Assembly (NCBI RefSeq): GCF_009834535.1
Contig: NC_045697.1
Span: 25,484,001-25,548,000, forward strand
Direction of reading: 5' to 3'
DNA from: Camelus ferus
Taxonomy: Eukaryota
Length of the DNA: 64,000 nt
Shown here: piece after piece, positions 39,893-54,232 of the stretch
How the letters are laid out: each line of letters starts with the position of its first letter
Numbering within the stretch: position 1 is the stretch's first letter
The notes under the pieces: model-generated
What the model was told of the DNA's origin: nothing
What the model saw: only the letters and a program-made list of their open reading frames with translations
Database searches by the model: none
Program-made: the position numbers and the translations under genes

Positions 39893-40500
39893 TACATACA
39901 TATATGTGTATATATATGAAGTTTAACTGACATGATAATAAGTATTCGTTCATAATTTGAACATTACTAGTTTAAGACATCTTTGAGACATACAGACCTG
40001 ACTTACAAGCAGGTAAATAGACGAGTTAGAAGTGCAGGTTGAGGGCTAAAGAGAGGTATTGGGAATCGTTAGTGTATTGATGGAATATTCAATCAGGAGA
40101 GTAAATTAAAACAAACAGAAAGAAAAAGAAGTACAATCGACTGTACTCCTTGGAGATCCAATGTTTAAGGGTCAAATATAAAAGTCAAATCCCTTGCCCA
40201 CTCACCCCAAGAAAGAAACTCAAAGCCCATAAAAGTGCATACAAAGGACTGGGAACAAAAAATCAAATGAAATAGTGTCATTAAACTAGAAAGAGGCAAG
40301 AGTTTGAAAACTGACTGTTAAACAGCATTAGAGAGCTCATTAAGATAAACACTGAGGGATCCACGTTAGAAAAACAGCTTTAATAGAATGGAAGGAACAG
40401 AAGCTGTGTTAATATATTTGAGGCTGGGTAATGTAGAGTATAGCTATCTATGACTGGATAATTTTGACAATACGTGGCTGAGAGAGTAGTCAAAAAACCC
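38690..40500. mobile_element. Cluster of L2 fragments (both orientations)
   Basis: Plus-strand L2 3' end at about 38690-38820; purine-rich antisense L2 at about 38860-39200 and 39560-40500 (cagcattgccaaatgctac; tagtttaagacatctttgagacat). Confidence 0.55.
39823..39918. repeat. Compound (TA)n(CA)n microsatellite
   Basis: Directly visible. Confidence 0.95.
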
Positions 40501-42329
40501 AGAAAACCTAAAAGAAAAATGTAGAGAGGCTATAAAGAGACAATTTAAGCAAGAAGTCCGAATGACTCACATACACAACAGATGCACTGAATGGGTTGAC
40601 CTTAATGGGGCGCAAATAAGAAATGGCTTTATTTTTATTCTATTCCTGCGTTCAGTTAGGCTCTGCCAGTTTTCTTACATCTACTCTTTGATGATGTCAG
40701 TGAATCCCAGAGCTTTCTCTTTACTCTTATTTTGTGATTAGTCTCATTTGGATGATTGCTATTTATCTTCAGACATTATAGAGTCCTGTCCAGTCTGTGT
40801 CAGACTTTAATCTCACAGCAAATACAATTATTTATGTTATTGTGGGCTCACAGCAGAACCATGGCTTAGCATCCTTCCCTGGGGGAGGTATGGGAGCATG
40901 ATCTACCCTGAAGCTCCTGTTTCCTGCAGAGTTGTAGGATGGGTGTAGTTAGTAGAAAATGAGAAAAAGCATTTCATTTATGTAGTGTAGGTAGTAGTTC
41001 TTTCTGCGGATATTGATGCTTTTTGTGAACAGGAAATACAATTTCCTGTGCAATACATTTTGAGGGCTCATTCAGATAAGCCTGTAAGGTTCAGCAGATA
41101 ATCAGCTAAGTCTCCTCACTTTATAGGCATGTCAGAATTCACCAAGGAGCTCTCTTGCAGACCCTATGCAAGGTTTTAGGTGCCAGGAGCAGGAGCCCTG
41201 AGGGATGGGATCATAAGAAATCAACTGTCATGAAAATGTACTTTCCACATCAGGGATCTGTCTTTCTATGCCTTAATAAGTCTTCCCAAAAATGTAAATA
41301 AAAGAAAGGAAGCCTAAAACCAGAAACATTTAAATATGTGTGATAGAGCTGTCATTGAAGTTTGAATTAAAGTAGTGGCATTCATATAAGGATTTTACCT
41401 GTTGACATGATCCGTTTACCTCTCCCCTCAACTACAGAAGAGCCACTAGTGTGGGAATGAATTGAGGTGGTGGGAGAAAAGGAATAACAAGAGATCAGGT
41501 GGTGCTTCTCTTCCTGCTGCAGGTCCTTGAGCCTAACATCAAGTTTCAAACTGGATTTGGAAGCTTTGAATTGAATGTGAGATTGATATATTAAATTAAA
41601 CTAGATTGAAAGTTTAAATGCTTAGAAGTGCACCTCAAATATCAAGTGATACTAATGTAATAGTAGAAAAGAACTAATGAGCTAAATACAGGATCAGACT
41701 GTCCAATCAACTAAAATCAGAGATCTCACTGAATGTCAAGCTCTACTAAATAATGAAAGGACGTTGGCAAGCAAGAGGTACAGTAGAACAAAAAGAGGTC
41801 TGGGGAACTGAAGCAGTTCCCTGGGGCCCCCACCTTTCCATGTCTGACATGCATCTCTGACACAGGAGAGATGAGGTCCCTAATGAGTTTGTCAAGCACT
41901 TCACACAGTGGCAAGAATTTCATGTACAACACGTCTTCACTTTATATCAGAGATACAATAGCTTGCATAGACCTCTCGAGGGTGTCAGTTCTCAGAGATC
42001 CTAAGTTCTACTCAGTACAGGTTATTCTTAGGCAGAGACAGTCTACAAAGGGATTTTAATAAGTTCTCTTCCTCTCAGCAGATACCTTTTTTTTTTCTAT
42101 TTACTTGAGAATACAGGTATAAGGAAGGTAATCTGTTTCACCGGTTTTATGTATTTTTTTCCTCTGGAAGTTCTGCTCCTGTTTATTCTCAACTGGAAAG
42201 TTCTGAAATCTTCCTGTGATATTATTAAAAGGAAAGAAATATACAATAGAGCATGTTTGAAGTTAGAACTCAGGGTGATAAAATCAAGAGATGATAAAAC
42301 CTAGCATTCAAGGCAATACTATTTAAATT

Positions 42330-42950
42330 GAAATGCCACGTCACACCCAGAAAAATGGCAAGAATAAGAAGTTATATAGTATCAAATATTAGATAGATGT
42401 TAATAAAATATGACTTAGAAATTTCACTTTGCAATACAAAAACATCTTATAATAATTCATGAGAGGATAGGTATGAGAATGTTCAATGTAACATCATTTG
42501 TGGTAGCAGAGAGTAGGAGCCAGCCTACATACCCATCTCTGAACAGCTGGGTATAGAAAATGTGGTAAATATCACCATAGAATTATATGCACAGTTAGAA
42601 ACAACAAGATATATGTAATTAGCAACATAGCTACATTTCAACACCATAGTGTTGAATGAATAACAAGGACAGAATAGCAAAAGGCCGTTACCATGTATTT
42701 AAACATGTGTAATATACACGTAAAACAGCAATACATATTTTGCAAGGGCATGTAGTTTTTCAAATGTATACATATGTGTTTGAGTAAATGCCAGTGAGGA
42801 TCAGAGTATGAGCATAAAAGGAATACAATTGATATTAAATGTTAAATATTAAAATAAGGGAGGCATTCTACTGATGGTGATAATATGCTTTACACTAATG
42901 AAAATGATTACTCCATCTTTTGAACCTGTGATCTAAAAATATATTTAAGG
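42330..42950 (+). mobile_element. Old L1ME-like 3' region
   Basis: gaatgttcaatgtaacatcatttgtggtagca...aaaatgtggtaaatatc...atagtgttgaatgaa. Confidence 0.55.
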
Positions 42951-43092
42951 AAGAAAGGGAAGAGAGCAATAGAACGGTCTGTATGAAAGTATAGATGGTG
43001 AATCTGATAAAGGTGTTATTTTTGTGGAGTGTAAATACAGTTGTTGTTTTGTTTTGCTTTCTTAAGGGTGGGAGATGTAATTACATGCTTAG

Positions 43093-43320
43093 AATGAAGA
43101 AAATAGGCAAGTAGGGGAAGCATTCACAGCATAGACAGAGTTTCTGAGAGAGCTAAAGTAACTTTTTCCAAGGTACTGATTGGACATGCCAAAATGAAAA
43201 CCCAAAAATGAAGAAAATAGGCAAGTAGGGGAAGCATTCACAGCATAGACAGAGTTTCTGAGAGAGCTAAAGTAACTTTTTCCAGGGTACTGATTGGACA
43301 TGCCAAAATGAAAACCCAAA
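43093..43320. repeat. Tandem duplication, 2 x 114 bp
   Basis: 43093-43206 and 43207-43320 differ at a single base (ccaagg vs ccaggg). Confidence 0.95.
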
Positions 43321-45099
43321 ATTCTGACTCCAAATTCAGTGGTTTTTCTAGCATATTTATAAATTGTGTTCATGTAAGTGTAAAATCTTTCGAAGTATTA
43401 GATTCATAGAAATAGCTCATGTTCAATTCTGAACTAATAAAGTATTCATTTCTGTATTTATTTTGACTTATTGTACAAGCTGAAATGTTTACTCAAATGT
43501 GGTTTTAACATCTTTATTAGGCTACTGTTATGACTGTGCTGTGAAAACTCTGGAAAACAATATATGTATATTGAAAAGATATATCGGATTTAAGACTAGA
43601 AGTCTTTAGCAAAAATTTGCATTTGAGTCACTATATTTCCAGTTATCTTTATGATATGTACTGATTTTTACTCAATTATGACACAAGTATTTTTCATTTT
43701 TATAGTTAACTCACTGTATACATTAGAAATTTTAGAAACAGAATTATAAAATCAGTATAAATTATTACATGTGCTTTAATTTCTATTATTTAGTAACATA
43801 AATATTATGTCTTCTTAATTCAATAAAGGCTTATTCTTGGTAATATTTACCATTTTTAAAGAAAGTGCATAATTTGATATCTATAGTATAAGTAAGCCTA
43901 TCTCCAGTGTCTAAACTCTCAGAAATGAAATTTTGTTTTTAAATAAAGACTATCATATAAAATGTTTGTATTTTCAATAACTACACTATATTAATCCCTA
44001 CAATTTCATCTACAACCTGTAGTAATTGTTCATACATGCACAGTAATTATAACAGAAAAATCAACTATAATCTCAAACATCTCTATTAATGTAAACAGAA
44101 ATTATAAATCCCTTCTTATAATAAAAATCGAGTGACTAACCTTCTTGTAGTCATAGTTCAACTTCTGTAGGAATATACCGATAAGACTATTATTATTTCT
44201 AGAAAAACCTACAGGTAATTTTATTAGTGATATCCAAATTTGTTTCAAGAAATTCTTCTTTCTCAGTATGACAAACATGGAATAAAGATGATGAGTTTAC
44301 TATAATGTGTCTTTCCTTTCCTTTCTTCCATCTTCTCTGGTTTGAGTTGTTTCTTTGGTTTTTGCTTTTTCTTTTTTCATCATTAACACTGCTAACTGCT
44401 TAATGAGTGATCAGAAGCTATGATACAGGAAATGAAGAAAGTACTAGTAGTCAGATGAGTAAATTATTTAAAGAAAAATAGCATCATGTAAAGTTACTTT
44501 ATCACTGACTGGGTAAGGAAGTTCACTTGTACTAAAAAAAAAAAAAAAAAAAAAAAGAAATGGGGGAAGCAAAAGAGATTTGATAAATGGATGCAGTCAA
44601 CTACAGATAAATGACCACAATGATCTGACTTGTTCGCTTATGAGCTTCTGAGAAACATTTAACCTCAATGAACCCTGCTGAGTTTTTTGGGTTTTTGTTT
44701 TTTTTTTTTTGGCTTTTTTTGCTTTTGGTCAAATCTTCATGTAATTTATTCTTTCCTTGAACACAACTAATAAAAGTGAACAAGAATACATATTAATCAT
44801 TTAATAAAGAGTTTCAAGAAACACACACACAATGGAGGTAAACATTTCTCTTTTCCCTCATTTTAATACAGGTATGTCATCATTGTATTGTTTCCCGTAA
44901 CAGTGATTTTACATTTATCCTATTCTAATAATGAGTAAGTGGGATAACCAGAAGCTGTGAAATAAAAGGAGTTGAGTTCTATATCTCTTAGTTATTACTG
45001 TGATAGCTTGAACACATCTCTTACTCTATGAAATGTAGTATTACTTAAATGGAAGACTAATTAAAGATAATGTTCATGAAAGTAGTTTGGAAGCAAAAT

Positions 45100-45290
45100 G
45101 CTATGGTGTTGAGCGTCTGAGAGACCTGCTTTTGAGTCTTTCTATATGTGTGATGCCCTAGGCAACTCATTTGTTGTTGCTGAATCTGAATTTCCTTCCA
45201 TTTAGTGATTACAATGCTTACATGATTTGTTGTGCAAAGTAAATATTTTAGACTTAGTACATAGCCTAACATAAAATATAGACAAAAATT
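45100..45290 (+). mobile_element. MIR SINE
   Basis: tgtgtgatgccctaggcaactcattt...tgaatctgaatttcctt...ttgttgtgcaaagtaaat. Confidence 0.5.
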
Positions 45291-46409
45291 ATAACTTTCC
45301 TTTCACTGCCTGCTTATTAAAAGAAAAAATACATTTGTCTTCACATTTTGCCAGTTTTGATTCCCTTTATTAAAATACTACTGAGTTGAACACTTACATT
45401 TAACAGTTTTTATATATTCATTGCCAGGTTTCAACATTAAAACTTAGGATTTTAAAAAAGTGTTTGGGATAAAAGAAAATTTAAAAATCCAAAGTTATGA
45501 GCTTTATTTCTTACTATTTTTTATTTTAAAATTAAAAAAAATTAAGAAGGTATCACCATATTAAAGAAAAATATATCCATTAAAATATTTTTCATTGCAT
45601 TATATATCCAATTCACATTTATTGAGAACTTTAGGTATGCTAGTTTTTATCCAAGTTTGATAGATTACAAAGAAATATAAGAGTAGTCCTATCTCTCCAA
45701 GGACTAAACGGCTATTTGGGGACACTATACGGTGAGCAAATATTTGCAATAAAATAAGAGAAGTGCTGAGCGAAATGTTCACACATGGTTAGGAGATATT
45801 GACAATAGAATGACTACTTGCACTGATTTTGAGGACACTTCGTAGAGAAATGAGCATTAACTAGACTCTTCAAGAAAAATATTAGAAAGGTCTCTGATGT
45901 TTGAAAATGGAATAATCAAGGAAATTACAAGCAAAAGAGAATAAAGCGAACACCGTATAAAATGTGGATGGATAGATGTTACACTTGGTGTGCCAAGCAT
46001 AGAATGCAGAAAGCATATGCAGAGAGAAAATACTACACACATTTTTGTTTGAAGTAAACAATTTCAACTTTATTCAGAGCTCATTTAAAAAATGTCAAGT
46101 ATCAACATTGTTTTCATTGTAATTTTAACTTTGGAAAGGAATTTAATAATGTTCTTTCTGTTACCTTATTTAAAAAGTTACCGTTTTTCATATATTACTA
46201 GTATTCTTCTGAGTTACTACTTTTTTTTTTTTTTTCATTTTCCTACTTCTGCACTAGAGAGAAATAATCTGGTAATTAAGACCATATATTTCTGTACTTA
46301 TTTTCTGTTTACATTAATCATTACTTATTAATTCCAGATATATCCACTAAAGACATTCTGTGGATCAGGCATCGTGCTAGATCATAAATTTTGAGTCAAA
46401 AGGAACCAA

Positions 46410-47530
46410 TTAAGATAATCAAAAAGAAATCCACAAATTGGGAGAAAATATTTGCAAATAACATATATCTAGAGCACCTGTATCTAAAATATACAGAGAA
46501 CTCTTAAAACTCAACAATAAGAAATAAACAAACAACCCAATTTAAAATGGGCAAAAGATCTAAACAGATACCTTACAAGGACGATACAGAGGTGACAAAT
46601 TAGTGCATAAAAAGATGCTCAACATTATATGTCATGAAGAAAATGCAAATTAAAAGAATAGTGACATATAGCTATATACATTAGAATGACCCAAACACTG
46701 ACATTACCAAATGCTAGTAAGAATGTGGAGCAATAGGAACTCTCATTCAGTGTTGGTGAGAATGCAAAAAGGTACAGTCACACTGAAAGACAGTTTGATG
46801 ATTCTTACAAAACAAAACATAGTCTCTGCATAAGATCTAGCAATCTGATTTATAGGTATTTACATAGAGGAGTTGAAAACTTATGTACATACATAAACGT
46901 GGATGCAAATATTTGTAGCAATTTTATTAAAATTGCCAAAATTTGGAAGCAACCAAGATATCCTTCATATGTCCAGCATATGAATGGATAAACAAACTGT
47001 GGTACATCAATAAGATGGAACATTATTCAACAATACAAAGAAATGATCTATTAAATCCACAAAGACATGGAGTAATCTTAAATGCAAACTGCTAAGTGAG
47101 AGAATACAGTCAGAACAAGCTACACACTGTAAGATTCAAACTATAAAACATTCTGGAAAAGAAAAAACTATAGAGACATTAAAAAGATCTGGAAGTTTAT
47201 AGAGAGAGAGAAGGGTTAACAGGTGAAGTACAAGAGATTTTTAAGGCAGTATAACTATACTGTATGATATTGTAATGGTGAATTTACGACTTTAGGCATT
47301 TGTCAAAAACAAACTGTACATCACAGGGAGGGAACTCTGGTGTAAACTGTAGAGTGTAGTTAATAATACCCATATTAGTCCATCAATTGTAACATATATA
47401 TCACACTCATGTAAAATGTCAATAATAATGGAAATGGAAGGGAGGTACATGGGAACACTGTATTTCCTGCTCAGTTTTTCTGCAGATCTAACAACTACTT
47501 TAAAAATAAAATCTGTTAATTAAAAACAAA
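46410..47530 (+). mobile_element. L1 ORF2 end + 3' UTR (L1MC-like)
   Basis: tgggagaaaatatttgcaaat...aaatgggcaaaagatctaaacaga...tggaagcaaccaagatatcc...aatggataaacaaactgtggtacatc...aataaaatc. Confidence 0.9.
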
Positions 47531-47559
47531 TTTTAAAGAAAGTACAAAACATAGTTGAA

Positions 47560-48590
47560 GAATTTCTAGAAAACAAAGAAAATAAAAACACTATATAGAG
47601 GATTATTTATAATACATCCAAATGTTCAGAGAAAAAATACAAAGCTTTAAGGACTTATATAGATTTTTAAATTAAATTATTAACCATTCAATTTTTTAAA
47701 AATTCAGTAATAACAATGAATTAAACAAAGATAAAACAGAAGACTCAATTATGAAATCAATATTCAATAGAGAGCAAAAAATATAGCAGGATTAAATTTA
47801 TAAAGCTAATTCTTTGATAAAAGAGCATAAAAAAGACAAACCACTATTTAAATCAAGGAATAAAAATAAGGAAATCAAATGTATAGCATAAAGAATGATT
47901 AGAGGGGAACAAAATTCACAGATAAAAATAAGTTTCACAAAACATGAGAATATTTATTTCTGATACTATTCAAATAAAAATGTTTTAAAGTAGATTAAAT
48001 GGGTAATATAATAGGATAATTAAGTTCACTTAAACTGATCTTATAGAAAATATAAATTTAAAGTGACTAGTTCCCGCAGGAGAAAGAGGAAAATGTGTAA
48101 AATGTTACTCCCCATATTGTACAAAGGATAGATTCATGATAGATAAATAAAAAGATAGATAAATAGATAGATAGATAATAGATAGATAGATAAACAAGAA
48201 ACACAAGGGATAAATTATTTCATAGGCAAATTCTAACAAATCTCTAACCAATTAATAATCTTATGCTAGTTAAATTATACCATGACATAAAGATAAACAT
48301 TTTAAATAAATTCCTAGATCTTAATGAAAATATCATAAAAAATGATTCACAAAACTTAATTGACTCTCACCAGAGATTATTTCAAGATTTGAAAGACGTT
48401 TCAATGTTAGAAATTCTGTTTATATAAAGTGTCAAATTTATAAACCTTAAAGAGAAAAACCATTTGTTCATCTCTATAAATGCTGAAAAGGCAGCTGGCA
48501 AAAATCAAAACAATTCTCTATAAATATACTTAATAATAGAGAAAGTCTTGGTTAACATTTATTAATCAGTTAAGATCAAATTAAAATTTT
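47560..48590 (+). mobile_element. Older L1 ORF2 fragments with embedded (GATA)n
   Basis: A-rich L1 phrases (ttctttgataaa...gacaaacc; catctctataaatgctgaaaaggc); GATA repeats at about 48130-48195. Confidence 0.6.
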
Positions 48591-48599
48591 AAAAAGCAC

Positions 48600-49030
48600 A
48601 AAAACATATATATAATTGAATGCACTTAAAATAGGAATAAAATTTACAATAGGCTGTTGTGGCATTTACCAGGAGACCTAAACTATCCCACAGGTTTGAA
48701 AAGCTTTGCCCAAGGAACTGACGTTTGAGTTGAGATCTGAAGGATAAATATGGGATAAAATAGAAGGAGGGGTGTCCAAGCATAAAACACAGCACAGATG
48801 GTAGTTCTGAAGATAGAAGAATCATGGCCAAAAGAAAAACTGAGAGGACAGTATGTCTGAAGGGCAGAAGAGGAGCGATACTGAACCAAAGAAGGATGTA
48901 GAAGGAAATAGAAGAGGAACAATGTCATGATGTCCTATGGGGAAGTCAGGAAGTGATTTACTTAATAGTTTAAGATTTGAGTAGAGGGAGCGAGGGAGAA
49001 GATGGGAAGAAAAGAGACTACAAATTGGCA
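48600..49030 (-). mobile_element. L2 fragment
   Basis: aggaactgacgtttgagttgagatctgaagga. Confidence 0.6.
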
Positions 49031-49072
49031 AAGTAACGGAATATGTACACAGATTCTCAGATTAAATGGTAT

Positions 49073-49527
49073 ATTTTTTATTGAAGTATAGTCAGTTTAT
49101 AATGTGTCAATTTCTGGTGTACAGCACAATTCTTCAGTCATATAAGAACAGACATATATTTGTTTTCATATTCTCTTTCACCATAATTTATAAGATATTG
49201 AATATAGTTCCCTGTGCTATACAGTATGAACTTGTTGTTTATCCATTTTATATATGTATATTAGTATCTGCAAATCTTGAACTCCCAATTTATCCCTTCC
49301 CACCCTCTTCCCCCACAGGTAACCATAAGATTATTTTCTATGTCTTTGAGTCTGTTTCTGTTTTGTAAATAAGTTCATTTGTTTTTTTGTTTTTAGATTC
49401 CACGTATGAGTGATAATCATTTGGTAGTTTTCTTTCTCTTTCTGGCTTACTTCACTTAGAACGACAATCTCCTCGTCCATCCATGTTGCTGCAAATGGCA
49501 TTATTTTATTCTTTTTTATGGCTGAGA
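49073..49527 (-). mobile_element. 5'-truncated young L1 3' end
   Basis: ttgaagtatagtcagtttataatgtgtcaatttctggtgtacagca...ccatgttgctgcaaatggcattattttattcttttttatggctgag; ORF 49331-49585 carries the ORF2 C-terminal motif IKKNKIMPFAATWMD; 14-bp TSD agattaaatggtat/agattaaatgatat. Confidence 0.92.
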
Positions 49528-51077
49528 AGATTAAATGATATGGAGAGTTTCTGTTACTTGAGTGTGCAGTCCAAACACGTGACATGTTAAAACGTAGATT
49601 TAGATTCAGTCATTCTGATGATGCCCACCCCCCGGTCTGTGGGCCAACCCCACACTGAATAGCAGGGTTATATAGATTACAGACCCCAAAAATGATAATG
49701 CTTGAACTAACTTTCTCTGACTACTAATCTATTCTGTTGGATATTTTGGAATATATCATTCAATGAGATAAATCAAGTAATGAATGGGAGTAGATTTTCA
49801 GGAGAAAAACATAGTTTTCTTTTAGAATTCCTTAGAATTTTCTTTGATCTCTCCTTATAAATTTTTCAATACTGTCTTACTTGCCAAGAACATATTTCTC
49901 TGACCCCTTCTCACAACAGAAAATCTTTTCTATCCAAAAATACATGAGATTAGTCACAAATGATCTTTAACACTACTAACACTTTAAGTATATTTTCTTT
50001 GTAAGTTTACAACTCAAAGGGCATTGGGTTATTTTGTGTTTGCGTGTGCTGTGTAACTCATTTTATAGATTCTTTTTGATCTGTACAATACACATTTTTA
50101 AGGTTTAAAAGATACTCATCATAACCATAGTCTGTAGGATAGGTAAAAACTATTAGTACTACCACCTATAAAAATATATATTTCTGTAGATGCTGTTTCA
50201 CTAGCATATTTGTTCATTTGTTTATTGTTTGCATGTATTACCCTCCAGAATAATATCTAAATGATTGTTTAATTTTCTTTTTTAGCATTGATATCATGGC
50301 CATGAGAATATACTTGGTATTCTAGGAAAAGTATTCAGTAACTGCTTTGATACATTTATTTGAGCAACCACTTATCCTGGGAAATGCTCATTGCACTTGG
50401 CCCTCAACAATCTAGATACTTTTTCTTTTTTTTAAGGAAATAAGCTAGAGAGGAAATCAGTGGCTGACTTTTGAACAACTTTCTAACTTTGCACTTTTCC
50501 ATAAGTAAAACATTAGACTGCCCAATTTGTAACATCTGGATTTGGATACATAGAATGCCATTATGTAACTGACCAATTAAAAGAGTCACAACTATGAGAA
50601 AACACATATTCTCAACAATTCTTTGTCTTTATTTTCCTAACCAGGAAATTAAATCCATCCAAAAGATTATAAGCTTGAGCAATGGCTTTCTCTGTGCTAA
50701 TCAATGTAGGCAGAGTTGTACAGTGTCATTCTGTTAAAAATAAGCATCGTTGCATGATTGGCTCAATGACCTTATGCTGTCCAAAATGTAAATGATAATT
50801 TTACATATTTTATCAGTCGGCTTTTTATAGTAAATGCTGTACAGTGGATTACTGACTTGAATTATTTATGGTAACATCATCTTATATCCTGATTGAAATG
50901 CATACTTTATAAGCAACGTATTAAAGGAAAAACTAAAGGTTACTTCTGGGATGGTGTATTCAAAATATGCAGGTAGCTTCAAGTTTTCTATAGTGAATAT
51001 AGGTATATTTTTGAATGTACTTTTCCTTGCCAGTTATATGCAGATCTTTACTTGGAAGGGTCTTCAGAATTCAATTA

Positions 51078-51372
51078 ACGGGAAGTGGCAAATTTAAAAA
51101 CCTACTGGGATCAGGCAGATAATGAAAAATAAATGAAGAAGCTCAGTGGTAGAAAAACAACAATCAGTGGTTTGGGACATGTGAAAGTGACAACAACAAC
51201 AGAAACATGTCCTAGATACAGTGAGCAGCTGGTTGTCAGCCCCAGCCACCCGATGTCGCCAAGGAATTTGAATTTTTTAGATGTTTTTCAGCCTCGTAAG
51301 TGCTGAAACAAAATGCTTTTAAAGCCTTTCCAGTGCAAACAGATTAGCTGTGCATTTTTATTCATAACCCTT
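51078..51372. mobile_element. hAT-Charlie MITE remnant (MER102-like)
   Basis: gtggcaaatttaaaaacctactgggatcaggcagataa...cagccccagcc...gatgtcgcca. Confidence 0.55.
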
Positions 51373-53409
51373 GGGTTATTATCAAGTGAAATAAATTTAA
51401 CCATCCTTTCAAATTCATGTTTTAATGTTTTTTCTGTATGTTCTAAAAATAGTTAACATTAATTGAATTTTTCCAGAATGAGATAACTTTGCCATAGTAA
51501 ACTTTACACAAGTTACTTCATTTCATCCACACAATAACACTATAGGTAAATGCCATATCCTCCCCACCTTTTTTTTTTTTTTTTTGATATATGAGACATA
51601 TATGAGATATATGGGGAGTTTACTGTACCAAGAAGTCAGTCTTCAGAAACAGTGCCCCTAACTTCGATGCTTCAAATAGTGCACATGGAAGCTAGAGGTA
51701 CCCACGTGTACAGATGCAGATGGTGCTCTGTTTCTCTTGTCTATATATCTATCCATCTATCATCTATCTAATAGAATTACATGTTATGAATATCTACTTT
51801 TAACCGAGTTTCTTTTCTTACACTGTCTATAGATAATACCATTTTAAACTATTTTCTCAAACTATTGATTACTGCTTCATCCACATTAGTTTATCTGCCA
51901 CTTTCCCTTATAATTCACTCTTCCTGAATTTGTCTAAGTTTTATCATTTGAAAAGCCTTTCCCTAATTTTTCTCCTCTTCCCCTTTGTAGTCTATATATT
52001 ATTGAGCCTTTTCAAAAACCTTCTAGACTAAATGTACCTTACTATGATTATGCCTTTATTTTCTTTCTGTTTAGAATATATGGCCCATATAATTTATTAC
52101 TTAGAATTATAGTATTTTAAATGTACTAATGCTGATCGAATGTGTTTATGTTGTTTTAAATACGGGTTTTAGGATTTTTGAAATCAAGGATCAACATTTC
52201 TGCTTTTTATTCTATTCATTTTCTTTCTTCTCCCACAGTGCCCAGAAACCAGAAACGCATTAAGGTCATTCAATAATTGCTTGTTAAATAAAAGAAAGAA
52301 CAAATATTTGAAAATGGCCTAGAAAACTGTAAGAGGGTCCTTTTGACCTAAAAACATTATACTAGTACCTTCCAGGAATGTCAGAATTAAGCATATAAGT
52401 ACTAATATCAATGAAAGTGTCCTTTATCTGGGTAACGTTCTGTTTTCTGAGCAAAATCCTAATGTACTTTGGTAGTTAGGCCTGTTGGGATCATTAAGAG
52501 TATATGATGGGTAGAGAACCAAGTTCATGGAATGAACACCACCCTAGGAATTCAAACCACCCATTCCTGTGTCAAGCCATCTTTTTTTAAATTTTTGAGT
52601 TCTTGCCTCCCTGAGCTTTAATTTCCCTTTTCTGTGAAATTAAGTAGACAATCTTTAAGACCTCTTCTAGTTCTAAACTGTTATAATTTATTAACCACAA
52701 CTTGTTGCCTCAATAGACACAGAGGTTCAGCTTAAACATCTCCTAGGGACATTCTAGCTTTGGACTCTGAGCAGAGGTTCTATATAAAGGAAAAGTGGGC
52801 TTGGATGTTCATGGAAAGCATGTTGAGAATAATCGTATGGTGGTTCATTTCTTTTCTGTGGCATTTCGCTGGAAAGTATTATGGTTAGTGAATCACAAAG
52901 ACTTAAGTTTTATTTTAATAGTTTTTCCTTTTCTTCTCTGGAGCCTCTGTCTCTCTTGCATCTACCATAACAGCTCAATGTAACATTCTACTCCCTTTTC
53001 TTATCTTCTCTAAAAGGAGGCAAAAATATATTGACAGAAGAAAAAATTAAAATGTTATTAAGAGTAATTGTCAAAAACCTCACAATTACCTGGACACTTT
53101 AAGAAAGACAAAATTATTTGTTGATAAAGACAAAATGATTAATTCATTTGTCCAATGCTTAAGGCCTATATAGGCTTCCTGGTTCTTGGCACGTGAAAGA
53201 GATGTTTATACCTGTAGAAGCCATGAGCGAATTTAAGAATATTAAGTTTCTTCCTCTGACAAATATTTTTTCAATAATGTTTGCACTTTAGTTCAAAGCT
53301 ATTTTCCTAACATTCATATCCTCACTGCATTTTTTGTTTTTATACAAACATACTTCCAAAAATATGAAAATTGAATGACTGAGCAAAAGCAATGTGTTCC
53401 ATTATGTCT

Positions 53410-54232
53410 TTATATCAGTGAGGGTCCAGTCAGGAGACAGAAAATACACCAGTAATTTAAACAAGGAGTCTTTATTATAAAGAATCATTAACTTATTAAA
53501 AGCAACTAACTACCTCTAGAAGAGGTAAAAGGGAGTCTACAGAATCCAGAATTAACAAGTGCAAGTGAATGCACTGTAGTATTACTAGGTTGAAGGATAC
53601 TGGACAAAGAAAATAAGAAGTTATGAGAGGTTCCTCCACCCAAGACTGAGATTTCAAATTCTTTGAAGAAGGCATGGCTAGAGAGAGACAAGCAGTCCGC
53701 CAGTGGCAAAAAAGCTTTCCAGAGGATGCTGACCATTGTGATCCACAGAAATGTTTTGCCATTGCCAAAGGAGGTGGGCAGATGTGAGCTGGACTTGAGA
53801 AATAAATTACTTGTTGCCTGAGGTCACACCTGGACCTTCTCTGGAAGCAGCCTCATAAGGGATAGTCAGTTGCCTGATGATGGATGAAGTTCATCTGTAA
53901 AAGTAGCCAGCCAGGTAGGAAGAGCATGGGTTAAAAGTCAGGGCAGAGCTTCTGTGAAAGACAGTGAGGCTAGAACCTGTCTTTGAAGGCTCATGAATTG
54001 AGAGCCACCAGACCTCAACGCCGGCACTGAATAAAATATGGAAGCAGCACCCAACTGGAGGGAAGTGTCTCTTGCCACTGTCACCTCACAAGGTCACTCT
54101 AGCACTTGTTACTCAAATAATAGTCTAACAATGTACCAGCTAGAGAAACAGAAATCTGTACAGGGTCCACAAAACTGGGGAAAAAAAAGGTCAAGTTTGA
54201 AGCTGAGAGACTAAAAATTGATATCTGGCCCG
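53410..54232. mobile_element. Old MaLR/ERVL-type LTR
   Basis: tatcagtgagggtccagtcaggagacagaaa...accagtaattt start; agtttgaagctgagagactaaaaattgatatctggc end. Confidence 0.6.

Noticed and set aside
43093..43320. CRISPR-like or coding repeat (94-aa ORF with duplicated peptide)
   Set aside because: Two abutting copies with no spacers in mammalian DNA; the peptide repeat simply mirrors the duplication.
44534..44730. Poly(A) and poly(T) tracts facing each other
   Set aside because: Simple homopolymers; no TSD or recognisable element body, and pairing would be low-complexity only.
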